This document shows, one piece after another, positions 1 to 13,322 of a stretch of 64,000 nt of DNA. Source of the stretch: Octopus vulgaris (Eukaryota). The stretch covers positions 124,496,001 to 124,560,000 of the forward strand of contig OX597817.1 in NCBI GenBank assembly GCA_951406725.2, written 5' to 3'. A program made the translations under genes and the position numbers. Below the pieces are notes generated by a model, which searched no databases, had not been told where the DNA came from, and saw nothing but the letters and a program-made list of their open reading frames with translations. Within the stretch, counting starts at the first letter, position 1, and each line of letters opens with the position of its first letter.

Positions 1-678
1 ATGTCTGCATTTAGAGGTCAGTTTGGTGATGTGACTGATGAAAGATGCATCATTTAACATGATTATTCCTAACTCCTGTATGTCATCAGTGCTTTGAATC
101 ATTGTATTATCTGGTGCCAAATTTTGGGATTTGAGTCTATTCCCTCCATAATGAAAGGCCTGAAATTTTGATGTATTAAATTTCATATTAATTTTATCCG
201 CCTATTGATAAATAATGTTTAGGTCATTTTGGAGTTTGATGGTATCTTCTAGAGTTTGAACAGCCATAGATATTTTTGTGTCATCAGTGTAACTAATTAG
301 GTTGGCCGATTGTACCTGTGAGTTTATGCTTGATAGGGTTATGATAAATAATAAAGATTGTAGAACCGAATCCTGAGGTATACCACTTATTCTGGGTGAT
401 TCTGCTGAGAGATAACCATTTGCAGCAACAGATTGGTTCCTATCCCTTAGAAAGTCAAAGAGCCATTCTCTGCATTTTCATATGATACTAAGATCCCTTA
501 TCCTATGACAGAAGATTCCATTATTAATCTTGTCAATGCTTTAGCAAAAGTGAGGTAGATGCAGTCAGTGTCCTTTCCATTCAGGAGATTATTGAGGATA
601 GTGTTATGGTGTTGTAATAGTTGTGTCAGGCAACCTCATCCAGTCCAAAACCCATGCTGTGTATTTTCTAAGAGGTTG
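1..678 (-). mobile_element. Decayed non-LTR retrotransposon reverse transcriptase fragment (CR1/L2 group)
   Basis: Minus-strand translation gives ordered RT motifs QHGFWTG*GCLTQL, DCIYLTFAKA, SGIPQDSVLQSLLFII and LISYTDDTK (YADD equivalent), with stops and frameshifts. Confidence 0.85.
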
Positions 679-696
679 TTATATATATATATATAT

Positions 697-2143
697 CACT
701 ACCTGAATTACCTGAACTAGAGAAGTCACTGGTATGGAAGCAAGGTCTAGAATCGAAGGGCCTTAGAGTTAACCTAAGAAAAACCAAAGTCATAGTAAGT
801 AGGAAGGCAGAGAAATCACAAATCCCTTCAGGTAGATGGTCCTACTCAATCTGTAGAAAAGTACTGGTAGAAACTCCATAAGATGGGCTCAGTGTAAGCT
901 TTGGACATATCAAAGTTGCAGCAACATCAGAGGAATGTTAACAGAGAAACTAACTTTTGTATGTGGAAGGTTCACAGGTACAATACATGCTGAAAATGTG
1001 CAGAAAAAAGACTCCATCAACTGCCAGCAGGGCAAGCTAGAGGTAGTAGATAGCTTCCATTATCTAGGTGACCAAGTTAGTAGTGGAGGTGGATGCTCTG
1101 AGAGCGTAGCTGTGAGAATAAGGATAGGCTATGCAAAGTTCAGAAAGCTCCTACCCCTGCTGGCAACAAAGGGTCTCTCTCAAAGTGAAAGGCAGATTGT
1201 TTGATGTCTGTGTGTGAACAGCTATGCGTGGACATGTGTAGGCTTGAAAGGAATGAAACCAGTATGCTTTGCTGGATGTGCAATGTCAGTGTGCATGTTC
1301 GACAGTGAGTAAGCATCTTGAAAGAAAAGTTAGGCATAAGAGGCATCAGATGTGGCGTGCAAGAGAGATGACTGTATTGGTATGGTCATGTGATGCGTAT
1401 GGATGGGGACAGCCATGTAAAGATGTGCTGATGTCTGTTCAGGGAACCTGTGGTAGAGGTAGACCCAGGAAGAGAGAGGACGAGGTGGTGAAGCATGATC
1501 TTCAAACTTTGAGCCTCACAGAGGCAATGACTGGTGACTGAAACCTTTGGCGATTTGCTGTGCTTGAGAGAACCCATAAAGTCAAGTGCACCCGTGCTGG
1601 GGGTATGTAAAGAACATCTTTTGAACATTAGGCCTCATGGAAGCTAAGTGGCTGAGTTCCTCTTGAGCATTTGGCCTGACGGAAGCAAAGTGGCTGAGCT
1701 TCTTTCAAGTACTAGGCCACACGGTGGCAAAGTGGCTGAGTACCTTTTGAGTGTAGGGCCTCACAGGCAAGGTAGCTGTTCGTTTCAAGTGTTGGGCCTC
1801 ATGGAGGTAAAGTGGCTGAGTTTCTTTCGAGTGTTAGGCCTCACGGGGGCAATGGCAAAGACCTTTGTTATGTTGTACTTGAGAAGAAGACCCATCAAGC
1901 CAAGCAAAATTGCTGTTGTGACAGATACCTTTGTCATGCAAATTAGCACCCATGCTGGTAGCATATAAACGCACCCCAGTGTCACGTAAAAACACCCATT
2001 ACACTCTCAGAGTAGTTGGCATTAGGAAGGGGATCCAGCCATAGAAAACCATGCCAAATCAGACTAGAGTGTGGTGCAACCTTCCAGTGTGCCAGCCCAA
2101 GTCAAACCATCCAACTCATGCCAGCATGGATAACGGACGTTAA

Positions 2144-2175
<32 letters not shown>
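697..2175 (+). mobile_element. 5'-truncated RTE-clade LINE (end of RT, Cys/His insert, 3' UTR, (GAT)n tail)
   Basis: Translation gives ESKGLRVNLRKTKV, LEVVDSFHYLGDQVSSGGG and GTCGRGRPRK, typical of the RTE C-terminus. It ends in ...ggacgttaaa(tga)n and is flanked on both sides by TA repeats. Confidence 0.9.
1618..1856 (+). repeat. About 42-bp minisatellite (5-6 copies) in the RTE 3' UTR
   Basis: Recurring ggcctca(t/c)gg...aagtggctgag...gagtgtt unit. Confidence 0.8.
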
Positions 2176-2670
2176 ATATATATGAAATTAGCGAACTTAC
2201 CTGAATGCTTTATTTTCCTTAGAATCTAGTAAAAACAACGCTGGAAGCTGATTGATGGTGATTATGCATACATAATACTTTCATTGAAATAGATAGTCAA
2301 TACAAACTAGAAAAGAAACCCTGCAGATAATGTCTCAACTGGATAATGCAATGAAAAATGAGGCAAGTGATCACTGTCAATTGGCAAACTAGGATTCAAT
2401 AAATTGATTTGCTTAAGAGAAAAGAAAAAGTGTATTGGATTCCTTCAGTCGGATTATATATAAGTGAAACATTAGATATTGGCATTAAAGACAGTTATAA
2501 TAGTGATCAGGAAATCATTGTTAGTAATTATTTATATCATATCCAAATTCATATATTTATTACAAGGTGGTGAGATGGTGCAGTCATTTGAGCATTGGAT
2601 AGAGTATCTTGCTGCATTCATTTTTCACTCTTAAAATGCGCTGATCTTGTGCCTTAATCAGTAATTGCCA

Positions 2671-2741
2671 TTCTTCTTCTTCTTCTTCTTCTTCTTCTTC
2701 TTCTTCTTCTTCTTCTTCTTCTTCTTCTTCTTTTTCTTCTT
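2671..2741 (+). repeat. (TTC)n microsatellite
   Basis: Direct reading. Confidence 0.98.
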
Positions 2742-2766
2742 CTCCCCCTCCTCCTCATTTCCTCCT

Positions 2767-3195
2767 TATCTCCGCCTTAACGAAGGCAGAGGTATTGCTT
2801 TTAGTCTTGTTTGTCTGTGGACTAGATATCTTAAGAACTGGTGGATGGATTCGGATGAAATTTTCAGGGATGTTTGGCCTCATGACTGACACGAACTGAT
2901 TAGATTTTGGGATCGATCTGCTACCGGACAAGGATTCTAGATTATTTTTCCGGCTTTTTACTTAAATTTTGAGAGCGGTCTGGTTCCTATAAAAGTGAGA
3001 TCAGAACTTTCTTTTGCACAAGCGATCCTTTTGGCAAAGGATTTGTCTGTTGACCTTTGCTACATTAGGATCTTCTGCACCTCACGTTGGAGTACAGTAC
3101 CCACTTTTCATCCATAGTGATTACTGACTCCAAACAATCGAATCTTCAGCTTCGCCAGAGCAAACTTTGACATGTAGTGACACGTGCTTGTTTGT
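2767..3195 (+). mobile_element. Possible Helentron-associated (DINE-1/HINE-like) non-autonomous element
   Basis: Starts with the hairpin ctccgcctt-aacg-aaggcagag followed by gtttgtctgt and ggatggattcggatgaaatttt, the usual HINE-like 5' layout. The right boundary is uncertain. Confidence 0.5.
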
Positions 3196-3204
3196 ATGTG
3201 CGTT

Positions 3205-3808
3205 AAGATTTATTTATTTATTTAATTTGTGCATTAATCATGAAACTAAATTTGTATTGACCACAGCAACTAATAAAATAGACTTCATCTATCTAGCTCG
3301 CCTTACATCATTTTCATTCCAAGGAGAAAAGTCCGTTTGTTTTTATTTTATTTTTATTTTAAAAACAACGTCCATTCAGCACATTAGAGTTCAGCTTTAG
3401 CTGCTCTTTCTCCCTCGCTTTGTTTATATACTCTTTTACTCTTTTACTTGTTTCAGTCATTTGACTGCGGCCATGCTGGAGCACCGCCTTTAGTCGAGCA
3501 AATCGACCCCGGGACTTATTCTTTGTAAGCCCAGCACTTATTCTATCAGTCTCTTTTTGCCGAACCACTAAGTGACGGGGACGTAAACACACCAGCATCG
3601 GTTGTCAAACACACACACATACATATACATATATATATATATACATATATACGACAGGCTTCTTTCAGTTTCTATCTACCAAATCCACTCACAAGGCATT
3701 GGTCGGCCCGGGGCTATAACAGAAGACACTTGTCCAAGATGCCACGCAGTGGGACTGAACCCGGAATCATGTGGTTGGTTAGCAAGCTACTTACCACACA
3801 GCCACTCC

Positions 3809-3865
<57 letters not shown>

Positions 3866-3872
3866 TCATCAT

Positions 3873-3939
<67 letters not shown>

Positions 3940-4385
3940 TAATTTGCCATTATTGGCCTAGTGACACGTTAGAAAGCGTGTTTCAATATGGATGTAAAAG
4001 TATGTTTCTTCTCCCTCTCTTACTTTTTTCAGTATACTGAATACCTTGGGTTACAAATTGATGCGTATAAATGAAGGTAAATATATTTCATAGTTATATT
4101 TTTTCCTAAAATATGGTATATGCAACTGAAGATTGGAAAATGTGCTTCTAAATTAAGTTAATTTTTTTTAAAGATTGATTTATTTAGTTTTTACATTAAT
4201 CCATTAATAGTGAAACTAGTTTTGTATTGACCACAGTAACTAATAAAATAGACTTCATCTATCTCACTCACATTACATCATTTTCATACCAAGGAGAAAA
4301 GTTCGTTTGTTTTCATTTTATTTTGATTTTAAAAACAACAGCCATTCAACACGGAGTTCAGCTTTAACTGCTCTTTCACCCTCCC
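3205..4385 (+). repeat. Diverged direct repeat of about 200 bp (3205-3415 and 4170-4385)
   Basis: Both copies read tgaaacta..tttgtattgaccacag.aactaataaaatagacttcatctatct...ccaaggagaaaagt...gagttcagcttta.ctgctcttt. Confidence 0.9.
3431..3813 (-). mobile_element. tRNA-derived SINE family A (bipartite, with internal CA/TA microsatellite)
   Basis: Head with A/B-box-like gtggctgtgtggtaag and gggttcagtccc, and tail aagtaaaagagtaaaagag; many copies in the window. Confidence 0.92.
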
Positions 4386-4434
4386 TTAGTCTATATATAT
4401 ACATATATATAATGTATCTATACATACATGTGTG

Positions 4435-4466
<32 letters not shown>

Positions 4467-5229
4467 AGTGTGTAAATATACATATATATGTATATATACA
4501 TACATATATGTATGCATACATATATACACATGTGTATGTATGTATGCATCTATCTATATGTGCATGTGTGTGTATTTATATGTACACACACATACACATA
4601 TACGCGCACACAAAACGCAGAAATAACCGGCAGTATATTAAAAGTGACAATATTAAACTAATATGTCCTATCAATCTTACTTTCCATTCTCATGTATGGA
4701 GATTTCATCTTATCAGTAATAGAAAAGACTATTATAACTAGCACTTTATTTATCTATGGAACCAAAGCGAAATATTAAAGTCTATGTTATCATTAGTTTA
4801 TATTCTTTTCACAGATCACCTAGATTAAAGACCTCAGTGTACTTTAAAATCTTTGTAGATATATTGGTATAAAAGAAGAAAAAAAAGCACTATTACATCT
4901 TCAGGTTTAATGCAGGTTTCTGGCATAGAATGTCCATGAGAATTTAGACTGATCTTACTTTTGGATATTGCACTTAAATGCTTACAAGATATTGTGTGTA
5001 GTTCTTTAGGAAGTGTCTGCAGCTATTTCTGTGATAGCATCAGTTAAACTAATGGTGAGTTCTAGATAAAAGAAGTTATTTTGAGAAATGTTATCAGAAA
5101 GCAGATTCTGTTGAAAAGCCATGATACTGGAGAGAAATTTAGCCGACATGACAGGCAAGAAAATGAACAGATTTCTATTGAGTATTGTTTAACCCAGGGT
5201 AGCTATAACCAAGTAGAAATATAACCAAA

Positions 5230-5450
5230 TATGAAGGGACGCTGAAAAGTTCCTAGCTTTAAGGGTATTGTGAAAATCCTGGTTCAAGGCCCAACCTTCC
5301 AACTTCTTTTATAGGACTTGGAAAAGCTGAATGACTGTTGCAATGAGCATGTGATTTTGAGAGGGGAATACATTTAATAAAGTCATAATTAACTGATCCT
5401 CTTGCATTTTCTTTTACCCAAAGCTAGGAACTTTTCAGCACCCTTTCATA
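5230..5450 (+). mobile_element. Tc1/mariner-derived MITE
   Basis: About 31-bp terminal inverted repeats tatgaaggg..gctgaaaagttcctagcttt with TA ends. The internal agaggggaatacatttaa resembles the mariner transposase C-terminus (GEY). Confidence 0.8.
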
Positions 5451-5487
5451 TGTTTTGGTTATGACCCTACTCTCTTTTCTTACACAT

Positions 5488-5660
5488 AGGTGCAGGAGTG
5501 GCTGTATGGTAAGTAGCTTGCTTACCAATTACATGGTTCCGGGTTCAGTCCCACTGCATGGCACCTTGGGCAAGTGTCTTCTACTATAGCTTCGGGCCGA
5601 CCAAAGCCTTGTAAGTGGATTTGGTAGACAGAAACTGAAAGAAGTTTGTTGTATATACGT

Positions 5661-5744
<84 letters not shown>

Positions 5745-5951
5745 TTGTGTCTGTGTTTGTACCCCCAACATTGCTTGACAACTGATGTTGGTGTGTTTGC
5801 GTCCCCGTAACTTAGCGGTTTGGCAAAAGAGACCAATAGAATAAGTTCTAGGTTTACAAAGAATAAGTCCTGAGGTCGATTTGCTCGACTAAAGGCGGTG
5901 CTCCAGCATGGCCGCAGTCAAATGATTGAAATAAGTAAAAGAGTGAAAGAG
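5488..5951 (+). mobile_element. SINE family A, full length
   Basis: Same sequence as 3431-3813 in the opposite orientation. Confidence 0.92.
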
Positions 5952-7399
5952 CGTTTATAAGTGCTGCCCCATTTTCTAATGTGTTCATTTATAAAAAAAA
6001 AAAGGAGTTTTATAATTTGATGTAAATTTGGTTGCTGTTTCTAAAGTTCAAACAACTGCAGAAACATTTTCCTCATAGGCTTGGGTAGACTGTTTGCTCA
6101 TTTCATTGGTTAGAACAATGTCTTTTACAAGTTCTAGTTGAGAACAATTTTGTAGTCAGTATTAAACCAGAATGTTTTTAAAAGAGAATGGGTTATTCAA
6201 AGTTCATATTAATTAGATATATTCAGAAAATGTTGAATTAATAATGAATTCTTTAATTTAGCTTCTAAACTATATTAGTTTTAATCAAGAAGAAATATTT
6301 TTCTATGCCTCTTTTCAGTATATAACACAATTAAGGAGATATGGCTGAGCAGATAAGATACAGTGTTAAGTGTTCATAGATTTGTGAACTCAGACCTGCC
6401 AGCTATTTTACTGTTTCTAGAGAAAAGATTTTATTCAGCAACATTAAATCACTTTTAGGCCAGATACATGCACAAGCATAGCTGCATGTTTAAGAAGTTT
6501 GATTTGTCACTACATGATTTTGCTTTTGGTCAGACCAGAGAGCACTTTGGGTATGTGCTTATGGCTGACAAAAGTCTTGTGAGAGAAATTTGTTTGATGA
6601 TTGGGACAGTATGGAAGTTTGTCAGCAGAGACACTCCTATTGTTTTCAGTTATTTTTTGTTTTGTTTTGAGGATGCCTTTAGTAGAGTTCATTTTGTTGC
6701 AAGCATCAAACCATATCTGATGTAAGGATATCTCCCTTCCACTATTCTGAAGAGTTTGCAGTTCAGTTCAGGGGTCATCATAAGAACAGGTTTGATTGGC
6801 TATTAAGAAAAACAGAAAGCTCTTGAAAGAATATTTCTTGAGACTGACTGTCCTTACAAGAGAGAGATATATCTTCTATTTGTTTCAGTGTTTCCTGCTA
6901 TGAAACCATAGCATTTTCCATGATAGGAAAAATTTTAAGGTGACAAACAATTTTGAAAAACATACAACTGATACAATTTACAGAAAATTTCTAAAAGAAC
7001 TCATAAAAAGAATGGTTGTGTAATAACTTCCATTCCACATTGTCAGTTTAATCTTATTAATCTCTCATTAGACCAAATCCTACATAGATTTAATGAAGAT
7101 ATAGCTATTCATTCCACCTAAACACAGTCACTTGATAAATTTTTTGCTGGTTCCCTCTTCGTATTTGTCTAGTGGTATATTTGTATAATTCTATTGATGT
7201 ACAAATGAGTTTACAAATAAGAGTGAAAAATACTCAATACAGAAGAAGTGTGATATTGCTTAGCATAGTCTTGAGATTAATCACTGTTATTACTCAGAGA
7301 TTTGCAAGTCTCCTTGTGTCACTGCATAAGAACTACATGGAGTGATATTCTCAAAATTCTGAGTAATTACCAGAAGTAATCTTAATACTAAAATGAATG

Positions 7400-8280
7400 A
7401 AACATTAAAAAATTAGAAGACATTGCATCCTAAATACACACAAACTGCTAAAAGGCAAAAGACAAGACAAATCACTCAAGAGACTCCTAACAAATGCGAA
7501 ACTATACTCAATACAAACGATACCAGCAGTTAAAAAATGCAGACGACTTAATTGTGGTACATGCCCATACCTAACTGAAGGCTCAGAATTCACATTCCAC
7601 CAAGGACAAAAATTCTCAATTAAGACCAACTTCACATGTGCTTCTCAGAACCATATCTATGTCCTAACCTGTAGGCCAAACAAGCCTTACTTTGAGATGC
7701 AGAGTCACGCTGCATAAAGAACAGACTCGTTTTCCACAATACAGGCAGATAGCACTGAGCAGATATATTGACAGATGCACAAGTAATAAAACGCTGAATT
7801 TTCATATTTTCCCATTATAACAATGCAAAGATTTAATCTCAGTAGAAGAACGCCTAAACAAGGAAAACCTGTTCATACAAAGGTACAGACCGCACCTCAA
7901 TATACAGATTTGACCATTTTAAAAATTATACTAAGGAGCCAGTTGTCCCTCTTGCCACCTGTTGCTTCCCTTGTTTCATTCTCTAGATTCATTCTTCTTA
8001 TTCTTCAAACATCCAAAATGACAAGACCCCTCTGTTACAAGAACTGATTACTGTACCATGTCCCTTGCAAAACTAATTTAAATAGCGAAAACTGGTTGGA
8101 TTTCACGACATCCATATAATATGTATATATTTATAAAAAGATAATAAACTATAAGAAACGAAGGCATTTCTCTTCCACTTGTTATTTTTTTTTTTCCACA
8201 TATTTTCAACTCATAATTTCGCCACGTGGTGTATACTGAAACTTCAGTATCTTTACACCTTGTATATTTTTATATTTCTA
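7400..8280 (+). mobile_element. Penelope-like element 3' fragment (GIY-YIG endonuclease region plus pLTR)
   Basis: Translation gives KRQDKSLKRLLTNAKL, VKKCRRLNCGTCPYLTEG, TNFTCASQNHIYVLTC and KENLFIQRYRPHLN, i.e. the Cys linker and GIY-YIG of Penelope-like elements. Confidence 0.8.
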
Positions 8281-9065
8281 CTATATATAATATATATATA
8301 TATATATATACACTCACACACATACATACATTTATATTCATATTTCTATCTATCTATCTATCTGTCCGTCTGTCTATCTATCTCTCCCTCTTTCTCTCTC
8401 TCTATATATATATACATATATACATATACATGTATATATAGATATGTATATATACATGTATAGATATATACACATATGTATGTATGTATGTATGTATGTA
8501 TTATCGTTGTCACATATTTAGTTTGTGTTGTTAAATGCTTTTAGGTTGTGGTATTTCATCCAGGGAAGGTTCCTTTAAAGATAAAGCGTATTAACAAACA
8601 CTAACTCTTTCTGTTTATACTTCAAGCCAGTGATCTGAATTTGCTTTGAGGGTATATCAAGTATATGGCACTGATGAGCTAAAATAACAATAAAATATTG
8701 ATATTTGTTGTTCTCGTATTCTTGGGCGATTTGTTTTGCCAGACTTTGAAGTATACAGTGTTTACTAACACTCTGCATGTTTAAAATGATGTTCTTAAGG
8801 TAACACATGCAGCCTAAAAGTGTTCAGCTACACATGTATACATTACAGAGCTGCTTCAAACTCAAAATTCGAATACATATATCTCATTTATTTTTGTTTT
8901 TCTTGTTTCAATAATTAGACTGTGACCATGAAGATTTTTTTTAAGCCTGCTATTATTCTATCTGTTTCTTTGCTGAACTTCTAAGTTATGAGGACATAAA
9001 TAAAACACACTAACACTGGTTGTCATGCAGGAGTGGGAGTAAAGACAGTCACAAAGGCACCCCCC

Positions 9066-9097
<32 letters not shown>

Positions 9098-9123
9098 ACA
9101 GGTTCTTTTAGCTTCTGATATAT

Positions 9124-9495
9124 ACTCTTTTACTTGTTTCAGTCATTTGACTATGGCCATGCTGGAGCACCACCTTTAGTCGAGCAAATCGACCCCAGGA
9201 CTTATTCTTTGTAAGCCTTGTACTTATTCTATCGTTCTCTTTTGCCAAACCACTAAGTTACAGGGACGTAAACACACCAGCATTGATTGTCAAGCGTTGT
9301 TGGGAGGACAAACACAGACATACAAACGTATACACACACACATTCAGTTTCCATCTACCAAATCTACTCACAAGGCTTTGGTCAGCTTGAGGCTATAGTA
9401 GAAGACACTTGCCCAAGGTGCCATGCAGTGGGACTGAACCCCGGAACCATGTGGTTCGTAAGCAAGCTACTTACCACACAGCCACTCCTATGCCT
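9124..9495 (-). mobile_element. SINE family A (with an older partial copy at about 8900-9115)
   Basis: Matches other family A copies. Confidence 0.9.
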
Positions 9496-9554
9496 ATTTG
9501 ATCTGTATAGTTTCTATAAGACTCTTTTGCAGACAGCCTTAACAATGACTGATC

Positions 9555-9860
9555 ATGACTTCAATAACATGGATGGCAATATTAATGGACTTGGTGGTCA
9601 AGAACCACGATGATTTATGGTGCTCAGTGAGGCAATGAATATAGTACCAGAAATGATCTTCTGGAGCTTTGTAATGCAACTGGTGTAACAATATGCAGCA
9701 CACATTTCAAGAAACCAGACAGCCACTTCCTCATTTACCAATCTAACCAATACACATGTCAGATGGATTTCATTCTCACTAGGAGACATGATAGACAAGC
9801 CATTGTAAGTAACAGAACCTTTCCTATGAAAGAATCTACTACCCAACAAAAATTAGATTT
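9555..9860 (+). mobile_element. Decayed RTE apurinic-endonuclease fragment
   Basis: LLELCNATGVTICSTHFKKPDSHFLIYQSNQYTCQMDFILTR resembles the RTE APE pattern LLEFC..L.ICNT.F.KP..HL.TY.S....QIDYIL. Confidence 0.75.
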
Positions 9861-10902
9861 TGGCACAAGGCCAGTAACTTAAGAAGAGGGTTTAATTCGA
9901 TTATATCACCCCAAGTACTTATCTGGTATTACTTAATCAACCCCAAAAAGATAAAAGACAAAGTTGATCCTGGTGGCATTCGAACTCAGAACATAACGAC
10001 TGACAAAATACTGCAAAGCATTTTGCTGTGCCTGCTAATAATTCCGCCAGCTCACAGCCTTAATCTCAACATAGATATTGAGATTAACATTTACTTTCAT
10101 CACTACAGAGTTGATAAAATAACTACCAATCAAATACTGTGGGTTGATATGATTGACTGTAACCACTCCCAGGATTTTGTGTCCTTGAGCTTGTATTATA
10201 AATCATTATTAATCTGCTCATGTTTTATTCTCCTTATCTTGGCTTGTTATTAGATTTACATAGGTTATTATTATTAAAGACATTTCTAGTTTAGACAGTT
10301 TATCACAGAAGTCATCTATACATACCATAAACATAATTGATAGTAAGCTATAAACAAGAGAAAAATGAAAACAGCCACCACCTCCACCATGGGCTATTGT
10401 TTTTACAGTCCAAGACAAGTGTCTCCTATTTTTCATTACATTCTTCATCAGGGTCTCCACAGAATTACCAGATGTTTGTTTCCTCATGATAAAACTTGCA
10501 ATGTAACTTATACACTCTACTATAATATTTTATTGTATGAAGATATGAAATGGATATTTCTGAGTTACTTGCAATCATCTTAGTTATTTTCTCATTCACG
10601 TTTTTATAGTTTACATTATTGACAATCTCATAATTCAGATGGAAAAAAAATACTATAAAACAAATAAAAGCATCTACAACTGTCTATTATACACACTCAC
10701 ACACACACACGCACACACACATACACACACACTCACACATGTATGTGTGTATATGTATATATTCTAATTGTCATATTATCTTTATTATTGACAATTGGTA
10801 TATCTTCTGCTGATGAAAATATTCCAAGCTTATCATGCTCATACTCAGACATATGCAGATATACATGCTTACATACAAGCACACACATGCATACTCACGC
10901 AT

Positions 10903-10938
<36 letters not shown>

Positions 10939-11954
10939 ACATTTCCTTAACCTTTGAAACAGCACAGTTATTAATGTTGTTGATACTGTGTAGATCCAGT
11001 TGATTACACTTAAACAGACTTACACATTTCAGAGAAAACTGTTCAAGGATCAGTTGGTCAGTATTCTACCTAACTTTTTGAGAGATGAGACTTGCTGTTC
11101 AAAGATTTCAGAGTTTAGACACAGGTTATTCATTATAAAAATTTCAGGGTCCTCTTGCATTGAATAAATTCAACAATGATGTTTGTTGACTTCTCATATT
11201 AGTTATAGTGGTATGTGAGAATTATGACAGCCAAAACCCCAAAAGAAGAAAAATAATTAAAGTTACACTTGGTGGCCAAGAGAGATGAACAACAGGATGA
11301 ATTGTTTAAATGCTAATGATAGTAAAAATACGAGATCAAAGCAAGAAGCTAGATGGTTGACATTGAAGCCTTTTAATTACGAATGTTTGAGGAAATAAAT
11401 GACTTCTTTGATGTGAAAATTCTGCAGAGGAATGAAATAGTTTAGAGCAGATCAAGTGAGCATTAATACAAATCAATCACAACACTGCTAAACCATATTA
11501 ACAGTGGCTTGCTGTTAGCAGCACTGACAAAACCATGTTGGTGTTGATAATCTTCAAGACTACTAGAAACAAAACTATGAATAAAAGAAAGACAGCAAAC
11601 AACAATGTTATAACGAAAGCCACATCAATAATACAACAACAACAATGTTGATTGATATATTGTTTGATTCCCTACTTTGATTGGGTATTTGTAACAAAAG
11701 CTGTACTTGTATATGTTTGTTTGAAGAGAAGTTTACGACTGTACAAATACATGGAGTAGATACTGTTGTTATTGTTGTTGTGTCTGTTGTTGTTGCTCAA
11801 CTTCAGATCAGTCTTGTTTGAGTAGAACAATGATTAAAAGCATTTCATTTATGACCATCACGCCTAAATTTTAGGTGAAGTCTATCTAGAAATACATTAT
11901 TCAATGTGGGTTTTTTTTTGTTTTAATAAGTTTAGTGCCAGTTGCAGGTTATTC

Positions 11955-12170
11955 TTATTTCTTTACTACCCACAAGGGGCTAAACACAGAGGGGACAAAC
12001 AAGGACAGACAAACGGATTAAGTCGATTATATCGACCTCAGTGCATAACTGGTACTTAATTTATCGACCCCAAAAGGATGAAAGGCAAAGTCAACCTTGG
12101 CGGAATTTGAACTCAGAACGTAATAGCAAACGAAATACTGCTAAGCATTTCGCCCGGTGTGCTAACATTT
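11955..12170 (-). mobile_element. tRNA-derived SINE family B (older copies at about 9870-10055, 16080-16185 and 23805-23935 on the minus strand)
   Basis: Shared core ctgagttcaaattccgcc.aggt.gactttgcctttcatcctt..ggggtcgataaa.taagtaccag. Confidence 0.85.
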
Positions 12171-12599
12171 GTGGTTATTCCACTGCTATTTCTAGCTGTT
12201 GTAGCATTCAATAAGTTATCCTTTATTTAAGATCGTAATGTAAGTATTGAGGGATATTTGGCTGTTATTTCTCATAGGTTTTGTCACAATCTAATGGCTT
12301 TACTGTTGGCTAACAGAAATATGTGAAATATTGCAGTACAATGGACTAAATTTTTTTTCCTAGTTTTCCTTTTATCTTAATTCATCATTGTTGCTTAGAG
12401 TGGTTCAAATATTTCCATGCTTCCAGTTACATGCCACACCTTATTTCAATCTTGTTTGATATATTTCCATTACAATAGTTTAGTTCTTTGCCATTGTAAT
12501 GCAGTAGGAATATTGCCGAATAGATTCAATTGTGTGCAATGGGAATGAATATAGCAAATGACTTTGACCTGTGTAATAATATTTTACTTGAACTAAATG

Positions 12600-13115
12600 C
12601 CATGTCAAAGTAACATTAAATGTATGTGGCATAGTAGTAGTGGTGTAGATGTCTCCAAAATATAGCATCTGATATGGCTTCTTGTCCGGCATGGTTACAA
12701 TTTGTCCATCATGATAGCAGGGGACAGCTCGGCCCACTCTGCACTGAACAATAATGGTATAGATAAGTGGAATTTGTCTTTGGTCTTTATTTTGTGGCAT
12801 ATGATGTTTTGAGTGCCCATGTAACAGGCTTGGCATAGATAACATCAAGATGATCTTGAAATTCTGTAATAGTCCAGCTTTCAGTTCTATACAGAAGAAT
12901 ACGCTCAATGCAAGCTATGCAGGCAGTTTGTCTTGTTGATTTTGAAGTATTTGATTGTGAGATGCTCTAAAGCTCGTTACAGGTTTCCACATCTAATAAC
13001 GGTGAAGACCATTCAGCTGTGTTTATATTATTGGTAGATACACAGTACAAAATCGAGGACCTAACAAAGCTAAAGGAGTGATAGTGATTCCTGGTGTGGC
13101 ATGGTGAAATGCACT
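12600..13115 (-). mobile_element. Highly decayed RTE/BovB-like LINE C-terminal fragment
   Basis: Minus-strand remnants SPLLDVETC (LLYG.ETW equivalent) and a cagtgcagagtgggccgag segment where LRWAGH is expected; many frameshifts. Confidence 0.45.
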
Positions 13116-13136
13116 TTAGTTGCAGCTGTTGATGAA

Positions 13137-13199
<63 letters not shown>

Positions 13200-13284
13200 C
13201 AGCAGCAGCAGTAGCAGTGGCAGCAGCAGCCGCAGTAGCGGTAGCAGCAGCAGTAGTAGCAGCAGCAGCAACAGCAGCAGTAGC

Positions 13285-13321
<37 letters not shown>
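13137..13321 (+). repeat. Compound (AGT)n-(AGC)n-(AGT)n microsatellite
   Basis: Direct reading. Confidence 0.97.

Positions 13322-13322
<1 letters not shown>

Noticed and set aside
2201-2225. 25-nt minus-strand microexon with CAG/GTAAGT donor
   Set aside because: It is not frame-preserving, has no partner exons and such signals are common by chance.
4815-5055. Plus-strand exon (ttttcacag acceptor, gtgagt donor)
   Set aside because: Stops occur in all three frames; it could only be non-coding and has no other support.
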